Below, in pieces: positions 1 to 12,607 of a DNA stretch of 64,000 nucleotides. The notes below the pieces were generated by a model. That model saw nothing but the letters and a program-made list of their open reading frames with translations, was not told where the DNA came from and made no database searches. How positions within the stretch are numbered: position 1 is the first letter of the stretch; every line of letters starts with the position of its first letter. The stretch lies in the NCBI GenBank assembly GCA_015680685.1, contig MNCI01002981.1, forward strand, positions 260,061 to 324,060. The letters are read 5' to 3'. A program made the translations under genes and the position numbers. This DNA is from Gnetum montanum. Taxonomy: Eukaryota > Plantae > Gnetophyta.

Positions 1-173
1 AGACTTGCTTAACCATACACCGTGACACTTACAAGCAAGCCTGGGAAGACAACGAACGATTAACCCCAAGTGTTTCTTGTGGCGTTAAGGCATTTAGTCT
101 GCGGAGTTCGACTGGATCGCGCGTGTACGCTCGTTTCGTATGGTTGAGTGTAGGGGTACCTCGCCACTCATCA
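1..173 (+). mobile_element. 3' end (U5) of an Athila-family LTR in + orientation (solo or 3' LTR, truncated by the window edge)
   Basis: Reverse complement reads TGATGAGTGGCGAGGTACCCCTACACTCAACCATACG, matching the LTR termini at 10481 and 56854. It ends in CTCATCA at 173 and no PBS follows. Confidence 0.8.
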
Positions 174-525
174 CCAACAAAGGCCAAGAGAGAGAGCTTT
201 TGAGAGAAGAGAGCTTGTGTAAGGAAGTTGAGTGAGAGGCAAGGGAGAACACTTGAGAGAGGTTAGGATAATCTCTTATAAGTGTCTTATCTTGAGCTTA
301 GGCTCCATTGTGAGCAATTAAGGATTGAGAGAGGACAAGTGTGGCCTTTAAGATCCTTGGGAGAGTTGTGAGTTGAGCTTGGCTCCTCATCTTTGATGTA
401 TTTTCTATGTATTTTGAGAATTATCTTAATGTAAGGGAGATTTTCTCCATTTTAGTGTGTTATTCTTATTTTCTAAGCTAGATTTTCTTGGAAGTTGTGG
501 ATTGGGTCCTATTTGGGTCTATTAC

Positions 526-960
526 GGTGCAACCCTTGCACCATGGTAAGGTACTTAATTTAGAAGCTGTAGGTCATAGGTTCGATTCTAGTGGGCAATG
601 CTAAGTTATATAAAGTTCTAATTAGACTTGGGGTGTATCTATGTTTGATTTATTTTAGGTTTCAACACCCCATTTTTCATTAGCAAAGAATAAAATATAA
701 ATTGTAACTTTTACCAAGTAGTTAATCTCATTAATAGAGTGTATTATTTGTGCATAGGCAATTAGCTAGTTGGTTAGTACACATTGCTTTGCAGTCAAAG
801 GTATTGGGTTTAAAACTTGGTACCAACATCCTAAGCATGCTAGCTTGGAAGCATTTCTCCAAGTTATGGGTTTAATTCTCTGACTTCTAAAGTTCTAAGT
901 CAACTATAGATATCTTGAAGTGTACATGTATTTCAATTATATTGGGTTCAAACATTTCCC
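526..960 (+). repeat. Two degenerate tRNA-headed SINE-like units (third copy at ~11941-12090)
   Basis: A-box-like TAGCTAGTTGGTTAG and B-box-like GGTTCGATTCT (579-589), followed by a partly shared AT-rich tail (CTAAGTTATAAA.TTCTA...TGTACATGTATTTCA.TTATATT). Heavily decayed. Confidence 0.3.
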
Positions 961-1316
961 CTTATCTTTTAAAAAAAATAGAGTGTATTTTTAAAAAATC
1001 AAATATGAGTTTAACGAGTTGCAAATTATTTTTGGAAAAAAAGAGCTAACCACTAGACTTAAATCAAAGTTTATTCTTATTGATATTTATATTTTGAGGA
1101 TGGGTGTTGGCTGTTGGAAGATTAAGACAAAAAATACCTATATGTCTCCTAAGACATACATCCAACACAATGCATATACCATTGATAGGTGGCTAAAGTG
1201 GTTAGCTTATTGTTTTATTATTTTTTGTAAGACTTAGGTAGAACAAAATTAACATGGCTACTTTTTAGACAACAAGATGACAAATTGGGCTAGAGATAAG
1301 TGTTGGAATGGAAACT

Positions 1317-2227
1317 TGATGAGCGTCGAGGTACCCCTATGAATACAAGTGTTTCATGCACAATCTAGTCGAATTTCAAGGACTAAGTGCTTATGCACCC
1401 TTGTGGAATAAGGACGGGTTGGTTGATTGTTGTCTTCCCAAGCTTACCTGTATGTCATGATTGTATGGTTCAATAAGCTTGAGGCATATGATTTTTATAG
1501 CTTTTATGTTTTTATGTCCTACACTACTAGAAAAGGAGAGAGGTAACTAAGTGACTAATTTAACTTAAGTACTCATTAACTAAGTTCTAACTAATCCTAA
1601 CACCGGCATTCGTTCCCACTTGTCGTACACATCCTAAACTATTGCAACACTACTGGGATTACCAAACACTAATCGTTATTGGGTTACCAAGCATTACACA
1701 CATGCTCGAAGTCATCGTGCTTGTGTAATTTAACGATTTTCTTAATTGATCAAAATGAATTGTTGTGCTAATAACAGAAATATAAAGTGCATAAAATAAA
1801 ATAAAATAAAATAAATGCATAAGAAAACAAATCTCAAGTGTTGTAAGGATGAATCAAAGAGCTCATCTTTATTGTTGTACACAATGTGTGCTCAGGTACA
1901 CAATGCTTGAATAAAGATTCGTCCATACTTAGACCTCCTGTTGTGGGCACTTGAAAAATACTCTAACTTTCAAACAAACTACAAGAGTTTCGCTACTTGA
2001 CTGCTAAAAGACTTCCTCCCAATTGTGCACATGGGCACTGTATTTATAGACTTGGGAGTAACTACTCTAATAATTAGAGTAATCGCTCTAATAATTAGAA
2101 TAACTACTAAAGTAACCGCTAGAGTAACCACTCTAATAATTAGAATAACTGCCAAAGTAAATTAGAGTAACTACTAGAGTAACTACTCTAATAATTAGAA
2201 TAACTCCTAGAGTAACCGCTCTCATCA
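1317..2227 (-). repeat. 3' LTR of Athila-like element 1 (911 bp)
   Basis: Direct repeat of 10481-11509; adjacent polypurine tract (reverse complement AGTTGTGGGGGTG). Confidence 0.93.
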
Positions 2228-4127
2228 CACCCCCACAACTGAATGAAAAATCGTCCTCAAGTTCCTTACAAAATATTGGGAAGGTATGGGATTATTGACT
2301 AATTAACAACTGATGGTGGAATTGGATGATAGACTCAACATGCCTAGTGAATGGATTAATAAGCATATTACAACATTAGTGTTCATGACCATTGTGGTGA
2401 ATACTCGTACAAAAATGACATCTAAGCCTTTATTTGGTAGCTTGAAGAGAAAAAGAGAGAGAGAAAGAAGATGGAACATGTTGCCGCCAATGCTAAGATT
2501 GCACCTTCCATTGTTTATCCATAGTCATGCCACCAAACTTGCTCCTTTCATAAATGCTTCAGTTTCAGTCCATCCTGAGTGCTTCCTCCAAGCCCAGTCC
2601 ATTGTTTGTATGATCGCCATCTGAACATACAACATAGTCACAAATGAGCAAGGATAGATAATCCACAATGCAGTTGATACCTTGTCTCAATATGAAGTGC
2701 ATTGGCTAAGTTGTGGTTATGGCAAAAACTGGTTCGGAGATTTATTACTGGCAACTACCCAAGGTGTAGGGGTTAGGCAATTAGTAAAATGGAAAAAATT
2801 GAAAAATTTGTGCCAAGGCCCCCACAATTAAGAGCAAACCTCTGGTAGCTATAAGATGGAAAAACATGAGGAACAAGAAAGATGAAAAATATCAACGGTA
2901 ATGCCAATAAAATGGATGTCATGGATAGGGATGAAACAAGAAATGATTGATTGCATGAAATGTTTGAAGTTAACAATTGCACCAAAAAGAAATGCTAGTG
3001 GGTCCTCCCCAAAGTAGGCTCATGCCCTCTATGCCCTAGCAAACCCACAAACCAAAGAGTCCATAGGCTCTAGGAATGTCGTTTGGAAGCAAGAGTTAAA
3101 ACTTACCCACAAGAATTCACCAAAGAAAAACAATGCATCAACCCAGAATAGACTAATGATAAAACCGATAATGAGGTGGAAAATGGGAAGAAAGATGGAG
3201 AGGAGAGAATGGAATGGAATCCCAAGAGCAAGGTTGTGTAAAGCCCCTTATGTATTTCATGGTTAAGATAACTAAGTAGAACTCATCCCAAATCCAGACT
3301 CAAACCAACCACATTCAGTGACCTCACATCAATACATTTGGCCAATCCATCCTCTTAAGGCAACAAGAATTATTTCACAAAGAGTGACCACCATCCCAAG
3401 GAGAGTGAGATGGAGAAGCATAAAGTGAGAAAGGGCCTTAGTTAGAGGGAACCTTCAAGCATGGGTAACATATCTTTCCAATGCCATAACCAACGCTTGT
3501 AACTCATATTACTTTATCATGTCTAAGGGGTGTGCTTTAAATTCTCACTTTTTTTTCTTTTTTTTTTCTCTCTCTCTTTGATGCATGAGAACCACACCAT
3601 GCAAAGACTTATTTTTATTCACTCAGCTTCCTGATATTTGAACAATGTCAAAATGGTAGAAAACCCAAGAAAAAGCATCCAAGCACCCAAGAGAATAGAC
3701 AACACCAATGCATCAAATCCCCTTGAAGTCACACCCTTTTCATCCTTTGAGTCTTTCCTTGGTTTGAAAAATACCCAGCCACCAATTCATTAACAAGTTT
3801 ACTTACAAAAAAGGGGACTGTATAGTTCCAAGTCAAAAGAGACCATAGAGTTGTATGGATGAGTGGACGGCATGGACTCATTGCCTATTTTACCAAAAGA
3901 ACCATACCTTAATATCAACATCATAATTCAAAGGTAAAAACCAAACATTAGTAATCAATATGATATAATTCAATCCACCCTCATGAGCACTTATTAGATA
4001 ATGAATAAAAGTAAATCAAGCAAACAAAGAAATAGTAAAAACATGAACAATGATGTAAAACAAAAATAAGAAAAGTTGGGAAAATGTGTAAAATAAAAAT
4101 TCAAAAAGAACTGAGGGCCTATAATGG

Positions 4128-7100
4128 TTAGCATAGGTGGCCATCTCCCACATGACTAAGTTGGAAGGAGGAGATCCGAAACAGTAAGCATGGTTGTCCA
4201 TCAAGAGAGGTAGCATGTGTACTAGCTATCCTAAGCTCTTGGAAAGGTTTGGTTTGTTGCATGTTGACCAAATTTTTCTTATCTGGGCTCTTAGGTTTAT
4301 ATATTGTCATGGCCCCTGAAGGAAAAGTTGCATAAATAATATAAGGTCCTTTGCACAATATTTGAAATTTAGTACATTGTGGCACATGTGGTTGATATTT
4401 AACTTTCTTAATTCTTAGGTCATGACGTTGCTTATTGAAGGCCTTGTGCAATTCATTAGATGACAAGGTAGCTAACTGGTTTTCATCTAGCAAGTTAAGG
4501 GTTACTAACCTTTTGTTTTTGTGCTAGATTAAGGTCAAGGTTGAGGTCACATGCTGTGGATAGTGTACAGAGCTTAGTTTGAATAGGAAGCATTGGTAAT
4601 TTACCATACACTAACTCATAGGGAGAGTAGCCTGTAGGGAGTTTCCATGTGGAGTGGTATGCCCAAAGAGCATCATTTAGTTTAGTGCTCCAGTCCCGCC
4701 TAAACTTGCTAATGGTTCTTCTCGATATCTTCGTAATCTCCCTATTGATGACTTATGCTTGACCATTCGCTTAGGGGTGGTATGGTGTAGTCAATTTATG
4801 CTCAACCCCTAAGCATTGCATTAATTTCTAAAAAGTTGCACCTGTGAAGTGTGTGCCATTTTCTGAAATAAGTGCACGTGGCACACCAAACCTATTTATG
4901 ATTTGTTGTTGAACAAATCGTGCAACTATAGATGATGTACATTCTTTAATAGTAGCTGCTTTAGCCCATTTTGTTAGGTAATCAACGGTAACAATAATAT
5001 AAGCTTTTCCATTGGACATTGGTGTAATTGGACCCATAAAATCAATTCCCCAAATGTCGAAGGGTTCTAATGGTTGAATCAATTATTGCAGACCCTCCAT
5101 TCTAGCAATCATTCCCCCATCATGTTGACAACGCTTACAAGATTGGACGAAATGATGGGTGTCCCAAAATAATGTAGGCCAATAATATCCTACAAGCAAG
5201 ATCTTGATGGTCATTCGTCTCCTAGCATAATGACCCCCACAAGGACCCTCATGAGCATCTTGGAGAACATGTAGTTGATCTATATCGGGAACACACCATT
5301 GAACCAAGCCATCAAGACACACTTTGTAAAATTTATCATTGATCTCCATAAAGTACTTGGCTCGGTGAAGAAACTGTTGTTTCTTCTTAAGGTTTAACTC
5401 TTATGGTGTTTGTTAGGTGAGGAGATAGGTAAGAATGCTACTGTACTAGTTTATCTCTATGGGTGATTGATTATTCACTACACCAGCAAAGAGGAATTCA
5501 TTAGAGAAATGATTAGAAATTGGATACGCATCCTCTTTGTTGTCCCATCGCAACTAATATAAATGATCAGCAACTACATTCTTAGTGCCCTTGCAATCGA
5601 TCATCGTTAAATCGAACTCTTGTAAGATTATAAGCCATCGTATGATACGAGGGCTTACCATTGGCTTTCATGAGGAACCGAATTACACTATAATCTGTAT
5701 GTATATATACTTTATATCCCAATACATAGTATAGTGTCTAAACTTTTCTAGTGCAAACACTACAGCCATTAATTCTTTCTCTGTGGTAGTGTAGTTAAGT
5801 TGTGCACCAGCGATACTTCTACTTGCATAGTGGATGTAATAAGGACACTTCAGGTCATCTAATTGTGTAAGTACAGCTTCTAAAGCATAGTTGGACGTGT
5901 CAATCATGATATGGAATGGCTTGGACCAATCAGGAGCTTGTAGAATGGATGTTTTTACTAGCTTCTATTTCAAAGTTTGGAAAGCTAATTCACATTCCCT
6001 AGTCCACTCAAAAGGTACGTCCTTTTTCATTAATTTCACCAATGGTTTGGCAACCTTTGAAAAGTTCTCAATAAATCTCCTATAGTAGCTAGTATGTCCA
6101 AGGAATAAATGAATATCTTTGACAGTTTTTGGTTGACGGGTAATTCCTTGGATAATTTTGATTTTCTTGGGGTCTACCTCTATCCATGTGTGTGAGATTT
6201 TATGCCCTAGTACTATGCCTTCTTGGATCATCAAATGGATTTTTTGCTAATTGAGCCTCAAATTGATTTCTACACATCTTTTTAACACTTACTCCAATCA
6301 GTCCAAGGCTTGATCAAAGTTTACTCCATAAGTGGAGAAGTCATCCATAAAGACCTCCACGCCATTCCCTATTTGCTGTTGGAATATGCTTAGAACTAGT
6401 TGTTGAAATGTTGCAGGGGCATTATACAAGCCAAATGGCATCTGTTTGTATGTAAATGTTCCCCAAGGACTGGTGAACATAGTCTTAGCTTGGTCTTCTA
6501 GGGCTATTTGTATTTGGTTATATCCGCTATATCCATCTAGAAAACTGTAATAGCGATGCCCTACAATGGTGTTTAAGACTTGGTTGACAAATGACAATGG
6601 AAAGTGATCTTTGAACATTGCCATATTTAGTAGCTTGAAATCTATGCACACCCTCCATTTGCCTCCCTTTTTAGGCACAATAACTAAGGGGCTAACCCAT
6701 TTGCTATCAGCAATGGGGTACATGAACCCAACCTTGAGAAGGTGTTCAATTTCTTCCTTAACTACTTGCTTCAGCTTAGGGTTCAGTCACCTCTACGGTT
6801 GTCTTTGAGTCTTTATGGAGGGGTCAGGGTAAATTCTATGTTGGCATATCCTAGGATCTATTCTAGTTAATTCAGGATATGACCAAGCGAAGGCTTTTGA
6901 CCATTTATTTGTTACCTTCAGCAGTTCTTCTTTCTGTTGAGGAGCAAGCTTAGCGTTGATAATTACCGATTTTCCATTTCTAAGGAACGTGTATTCCATA
7001 CCGGTGGGCAATGGTTTTAGCTTAAGGGGCTCCTGCTTAAATTTCTCAGGGGTTTCCAACTTCCCCCAGTTGATATTTTCAAGGTTAAGACTTGGAAGTT

Positions 7101-10100
7101 GGTGATGTAATTGCTCTAATGCATCTATGTTATCGATGTAAGCATAAGTTAAACCCTCAGTTGGTTTTATGCATATGAGTGAATTGCTTTCTTGATCAGC
7201 TATCAGCCACTGGGTGTCTTCCTATCATGTGGCTACTGCATACAGGCATCTTTGTATGTTAATCACTTGTGCACACTGATTGCATGCAGGCAATGCTAAA
7301 CTTTGCACAAACCATGACCTCTGCATGCAGTTACACCTTGTGTCACTGTATGTGATGCATGGAAATTTCTTCTTCTCAATCTTTCTAAATGGATTTTCCT
7401 TTGATATTTCTAGGGAAAGATCGTGAATTCCTAGGCATGCGTCAATGGTGCTTAGCCATGCTCTTCCCATTATGATTGGAAAGTCCCCCTTACCATTATT
7501 TACCTGAATCACTAGGAAGTCAACAGGGTATGACCATCCATGAACAATGGTAACAATGTCTTCCACTAGTCCCAATGGAACAATGATGGACTGGTCGGCC
7601 AACTCTAGATGGATGTTGCTCTTTTTCAATGGAGGCAGGTTCCAGGCCTTGTACATTTCTTGAGAAATTAAGTTAACATCGAAACCTGAATCCAAAAGAG
7701 CCTTGCACGGCACATTTCTAGTGATTTGTAAGTATATCAAAGGATTCCCAAGATTAGAGAATTTCTTGGGAAGGTGGCCAGATTTGATCCAATCAATGAC
7801 GACATGTATTAGCATGACCGTATGTGTTGAGTGCGGTGATTGGGTTGAAGAGGGCTCTGAAGTTTTAATTGATACTGAGGTGTCTAAGGAATCAGCCGCT
7901 TGTGATTGCAAGGGCTTGGTTGGACTATTGGTTCTAAAGAAAAGTCTTTTCTTCATGTGGTTGTTGAAACCAACAATAGGTTGAGAGTTAACAGCCCTCG
8001 TGGCATTACATTGCTGTGATTGGGTAGGGATTTCACCTTGCATTGCGGGAGCAAGTGGTAGTGGAGCTATTGGTGGAAGAGATGCAACTGAATGAGAAGG
8101 ATGATATGCTTGCAGAATATTGCCTCTAGAAGAGGGAGTCCCATAATACTTGCAGGCTTAGTAGTGAGGTTGAGGAGTGACGTGACCAGTAGAGTCACAT
8201 GGGGAGATTGGCTGCTGCATGTAATATCCATACAAGTTAGGTTACCAGTAAGGATACTGTTGCCTTGGTGGTGGCATTCCCAATGATTTTGGGTGCTACC
8301 ATTGTTGATATTGCTCAATTGGTTGTAGTGGAGTTCCACTGGGATAATATGTTAAGGGTTGGTGGAATTACCTTAGGTTGCCTTGAGGATAAGGTAACCT
8401 TCGAAGTGTTTGCCTTTTGTTTAATCGTGGGTTGAGTGCATACACCCTAGACTCCTGCAGATGTGAGATTACAGGGCAACATCCCTTAGAATGGTTATAT
8501 TGACATATCTCACATCCACTATCATTGTCTATTTATGAATCCACAACCTCTTCAATGATGGCAACTTTGCCCTTACCCTTGCTACGTGCATATTCAGCCT
8601 CTTTCTTTTTTCTTTTCTCACTACCTTGCTCTCTAGACTCCTCTACTATTTTAAGAATATTTTGAAATCTATTGTCTAGGGAATTCCACATTTGGTCTAC
8701 CTTTGCTGAAATTTCTAATGTCATCTTTTGGATAGGCAAAGTTTTTCTATTCACCATCTCTTTGAGTGATGGCTCTTCTTCATCCTCACAAAATCTTACT
8801 CCCTTCTTCCAAAGGGAAGGGTCTCAGTTATACTCTTCTGTACTTTCTCTCTTCCATAGTTCACCTTCTTCCTTAGCAACTTACTCCAATAGTCTTTGAA
8901 TTTGATGGGACCTAAGCTCGGATAGTCTTCCTTGGGCATAAGTCCCAAGGGTTCTTCTCGTTTCATGCCTAAGCCCATCCATGAGATGGTGCAATTGATC
9001 CCTTTGCGAATAACCATGGCCAAGACAACGATGTAATAGTGCATAGCATCGGCCCAGGGTAGCATCCAAGGATTCATATCCTCCTTATTTCTAGCCTTGG
9101 ATTTTCTTTCACACGTTAGACACTCGGGAGTACGTTTAGTACTTGTCATTAAATAGTTCTAACATAGTACTTCACCTATGAATGGATTCTGATTCTAAAG
9201 ACCGGTACCAGCTTTTTGCTTCTTTAACTAATGTTCGTGGGAACAACTTAAGTTTTTGCCATTTGTTCTCTATGTTCTATAAGGCACACGCATCATGGAA
9301 GGCTTGTAAATGATTCTAAGGATTAACGTTGTATCCCCCTTCAAATTGTGGGATGTTGTTCATATCTATCTCTTGATCTTACTATCTTTCTAATGCCTTG
9401 TTGGAATTCTAACAGCCTCAGTTATGTCCAACATACTTTGAGTAGCGAGGAGGGGTTCATCGTGATCATCTCATCCATGGCGTCTACAATGCCTATGTTG
9501 TTCCCTACTCTCCCTTCTTCTATGTCGTGACTCTCTAGAGTGCCCTCGTCTCCTTTCCTGGCTTTTTTGTCTATGGCTTCCACTTTGCCTACCTTTATCC
9601 CCATGATCTTTTTCTTTACGACCACATCTAGATATTGAAGGAGAGGGTGAAGGAGATGATGAAGGTGAAGAAGAAGGAGAACCGTCACCATGACAGTGTC
9701 TACTACCTTCTCTTCTATGGTCTTGGCCCAGATCGCAATTGCGATCCGAATGTCCACCTTTATCATGAGTTCGTGTCCCTTTTTCAGATCCTTTGTGCCC
9801 ATGGGTATCAGAACCTGATTATGAATAGTGGAATGAATGTCCTGATACACAACCCCTTGGCCAAAGTCAAGGGGAGGAACATCGTTGTGTGGGCGACCAC
9901 CTAAGGTAGGTTCACCACCCTCATTTTCGCTTAAGACATTTGGGGCATCCTGGGACCACTTACCCTTCAAAGACTTATGATGTCTCTCTTGTTGCAAGTC
10001 CCTTGAACGTTGTGCCTCTGTGGAACAGTATTCTCTCGAGTCATGGTCTTGCACAACGTATTCTGTGTTAAGTGCAGCATGCCAATTTGTGTAAGAGCAC

Positions 10101-10395
10101 AAAGAAGCATGCTCAGGACTGAATAATCAGGAGGTAACACTATGTTACTTTCTAAGTCTCGCCAACACAGTTGTTCATCTTGATGTAGGATAAAGGTGAA
10201 GTCTGGTATATACTCATCGGGATGAATATATACCACTCGAACTTGTTGAGGAACTAGCGGATCAATGTCATGTGTATTATGTTGTTGACTATTTCTTGTT
10301 TCAGACCTAGGCGGTGAGGCGCTTTCGTACGAAGAAGGAAACATACTTGTCTGTTCAGTGTGCAATGTATTCTTGTTTATTATTTTCTCAACCAA
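4128..10395 (-). pseudogene. Disrupted gag-pol of Athila-like element 1
   Basis: Gag remnants ~8400-9350; protease ALLDSGFDVNLI (7225-8043); RT YPIADSKWVSPLVIVPKKGG...FLDGYSGYNQI...VFMDDF (6298-6723); RNase H DTSNYALEAVL...NYTTTEKELMAVVFALEKFRHY (5683-5907); integrase H-H-C-C zinc finger and [11 protein letters not shown] (4828-5349). Many stops and frameshifts. Confidence 0.92.
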
Positions 10396-10461
10396 CCCTA
10401 AGGGTTCATTCCAACGTTGTGAATGATTTCCTATGTTCTAGTTAGCGCACAAACAACTAAG

Positions 10462-10479
10462 TCCCTGGTAACAGCGCCA
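10462..10479 (-). promoter_or_regulatory. Primer-binding site (tRNA-Asp type) of element 1
   Basis: Minus strand TGGCGCTGTTACCAGGGA just inside the 5' LTR, close to the Athila-type TGGCGCCGTTGCCGGGGA. Confidence 0.8.
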
Positions 10480-10480
10480 A

Positions 10481-11509
10481 TGATGAGCGACGAGGTACCC
10501 CTACACTCAACCATACGAATACAAGCGTTTCATGCACGATCTGGTCGAATTCCAAGGACTAAGTGCTTATGTGCCCTTGTGGAACAAGGACAGGTTGGTT
10601 GATCATTGTCTTCCCAAGCTTACTTGTATGTCACAATTGTATGGTTAAGTAAGCTTGGGGCATATGATTTTTATAGCTTTTATGTTTTTATGTCCTATGC
10701 TAGTAGGGAAGGAGAGAGGTAACTAAGTGACTAATTTAACTTAACTACTCATTAACTAAGTTCTAACTAATCCTAACATCAGCATCCATTCCCACTTATC
10801 ATACACATCCTGAACTAGTGCAACACTGCTGTGATTACCAAACACTAATCGTTACTAGGTTACCAAGCATTGCACACATGCTCGAAGTCATCGTGCTTGT
10901 GTAATTTTAATGATTTGCTTAATTGATCAAAATGAATTGCGGTGCTAATAATAGAAATGTAAAGTGCATAAAATAAAATAAATGCATAAGAAAATAAAAT
11001 AAAAGAAATGCATAAGAAAACAAATCCCAAGTGTTGCAAGGATGAATCAAAGAGCTCGTCTTTATTGTTGTACGCAAGGTGTGCTCAGGTACACAATGCT
11101 CGAATAAAGATCCGTCCACACTTAGACCTCCTGGTGTAGGCACTTGGAAAATACTCTAACTTTCAAACAGACTGCAAGAGTTTCGCTACTTGACTGCTAA
11201 AAGACTTCCCCCCAATTATGCGCCTGGGCATTGTATTTATAGACTTGGGAGCAACTACTCTAATAATTAGAGTAACCGCTCTAATAATTAGAATAATTGC
11301 TAAAGTAATCGTTAGAGTAACCACTCTAATAATTAGAATAATTGCTAGAGTAACCACTTTGATAATTAGAATAACTGCTAAAGTAACCGCTAGAGTAACC
11401 ACTCTAATAATTAGAATAATTACTAGAGTAACCACTCTAATAATTAGAGTAACTGCTAGAGTAACTGCTCTAATAATTAGAATAACTGCTAGAGTAACCG
11501 CTCTCATCA
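10481..11509 (-). repeat. 5' LTR of Athila-like element 1 (1029 bp) with a U3 tandem array at ~11247-11503
   Basis: Direct repeat of 1317-2227; TATA (reverse complement of TATTTATA at ~11235); array of CTAATAATT and AGAGTAACCGCT-like modules. Confidence 0.93.
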
Positions 11510-12334
11510 AAACTATTTTAACTTTATGTAGGCGTCAATATAATACTTCGCTAGAATATAAAGGTGCTACAAGTATTTTCAAGACAAAATTGAGTCTTAC
11601 CATTAGGTTAACACCTCATTGTAATCTCAAGCTTGTAATCTCTTTAAGGTAAATATAACTAATCCAACATTTTGCTAGAATATTGTAACTTGAACTTGTA
11701 ACATTCTTAATAAATATCAAACAATTTAACCAACTAAACTTGAGTTTTGCATGATTATGGGAAAAAAGTCAACAAGGCATTGCTCAAGCATATAGTTTGT
11801 GATTTTCAAATCATAGGTTCAAATTTGATAAGTATGCAGTTAAGGGGTATTCGACCAAGGGAAAAAAAGTCAAAGTACATTGATAGCTAGAATTGCTAAT
11901 CATCATCATTTGAGAATATTCTAATGGTGATGAAACAACGAGGTGTTAGTTTAGTGGTACAAGACTTGGCCTAGTAACCCTAGGTCACAAGTACTATTAC
12001 AAGTTTGATTTTACTAGGTAACACTAAGTTATAAACTTCTATAAATTCTTTAAATGTACATGTATTTCACTTATATTAATTTCCAAAGCCGCATCCCCAT
12101 CATCATTAAAAAATATAAGGAAAAAGCCCAACCAATGCAACCCTATTTTTCTTGAAATTTTTTTAAATGCGATGGGAAAGAGGCAAAGCCCCAAAAGGAC
12201 ATTGACATTGATGATGATGGGGTGGCTCATAAAAACGCGCCATGTCACGCTTTGCGATTCAATCTTTTCAAGAAAGCGCAATGTGTTTTGAAGAGCTACA
12301 CAACATAATACTTTAAACTGTTTGCCCTTTTTCA

Positions 12335-12607
12335 ACGACGACGACGGCGACGACGACGACGACCGAATTTTTATCTCCGGATTCTTCCTCCTACTTTCGC
12401 TGCCACAACAGCAACATTTTCAAACGCAGAGCATAGCAGGAACTGCGGAACGCGCGCCTTTTTGACTTCAAGTTCCAGATTGACATGCTATCAGAGTTAT
12501 TGTTTGCAGCACAACGAGCTATTTTGTAGTCCCGGACTCTCCTTTTTCCATCTCTCCAGAGCATCTCTGCATTGTTTAAGCTTATCACGTCCTCACTCTC
12601 TGCACAG
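12335..12607 (+). promoter_or_regulatory. Probable non-coding first exon / 5' UTR of the ARM-ankyrin gene
   Basis: CpG-retaining island with a (GAC)n tract and CT-rich leader, ending in donor CAG|GTACGG at 12607/12608. An acceptor TTCTCAG| at 18999 lies just before the ATG at 19005. Inferred; no transcript data. Confidence 0.45.

Larger units (their letters stand above)
1317..11509 (-). mobile_element. Full-length, degenerate Ty3/Gypsy LTR retrotransposon, Athila-like (gag-pol type)
   Basis: LTRs 1317-2227 and 10481-11509 with TGATGAG...CTCATCA termini; TSD AAACT (1312-1316 and 11510-11514); tRNA-Asp-type PBS at ~10462-10479; PPT at ~2228-2240; domain order gag-PR-RT-RH-IN. Confidence 0.95.

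Noticed and set aside
174-526. Older LTR fragment next to the window-edge LTR
   Set aside because: GA-rich and LTR-like in texture, but there is no second copy or verifiable terminus in the window.
757-830. Functional tRNA gene
   Set aside because: Stems and T-loop are too degenerate to fold a cloverleaf; kept only as a SINE-like remnant.
2056-2221. Regularly spaced repeats superficially like a CRISPR array
   Set aside because: No unique spacers; eukaryotic LTR minisatellite; no cas genes.
2313-3450. Possible env-like or antisense ORF in the 3' spacer of Athila element 1
   Set aside because: Only short hydrophobic or low-complexity ORFs with no recognisable motif; a very decayed ORF cannot be excluded.
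11163-11652. Overlapping repetitive ORFs on both strands (RVTTLII / RVVTLAV repeats)
   Set aside because: By-product of the 9/12-nt module array in the LTR U3; they run across the LTR edge and are not preserved in the other LTR.
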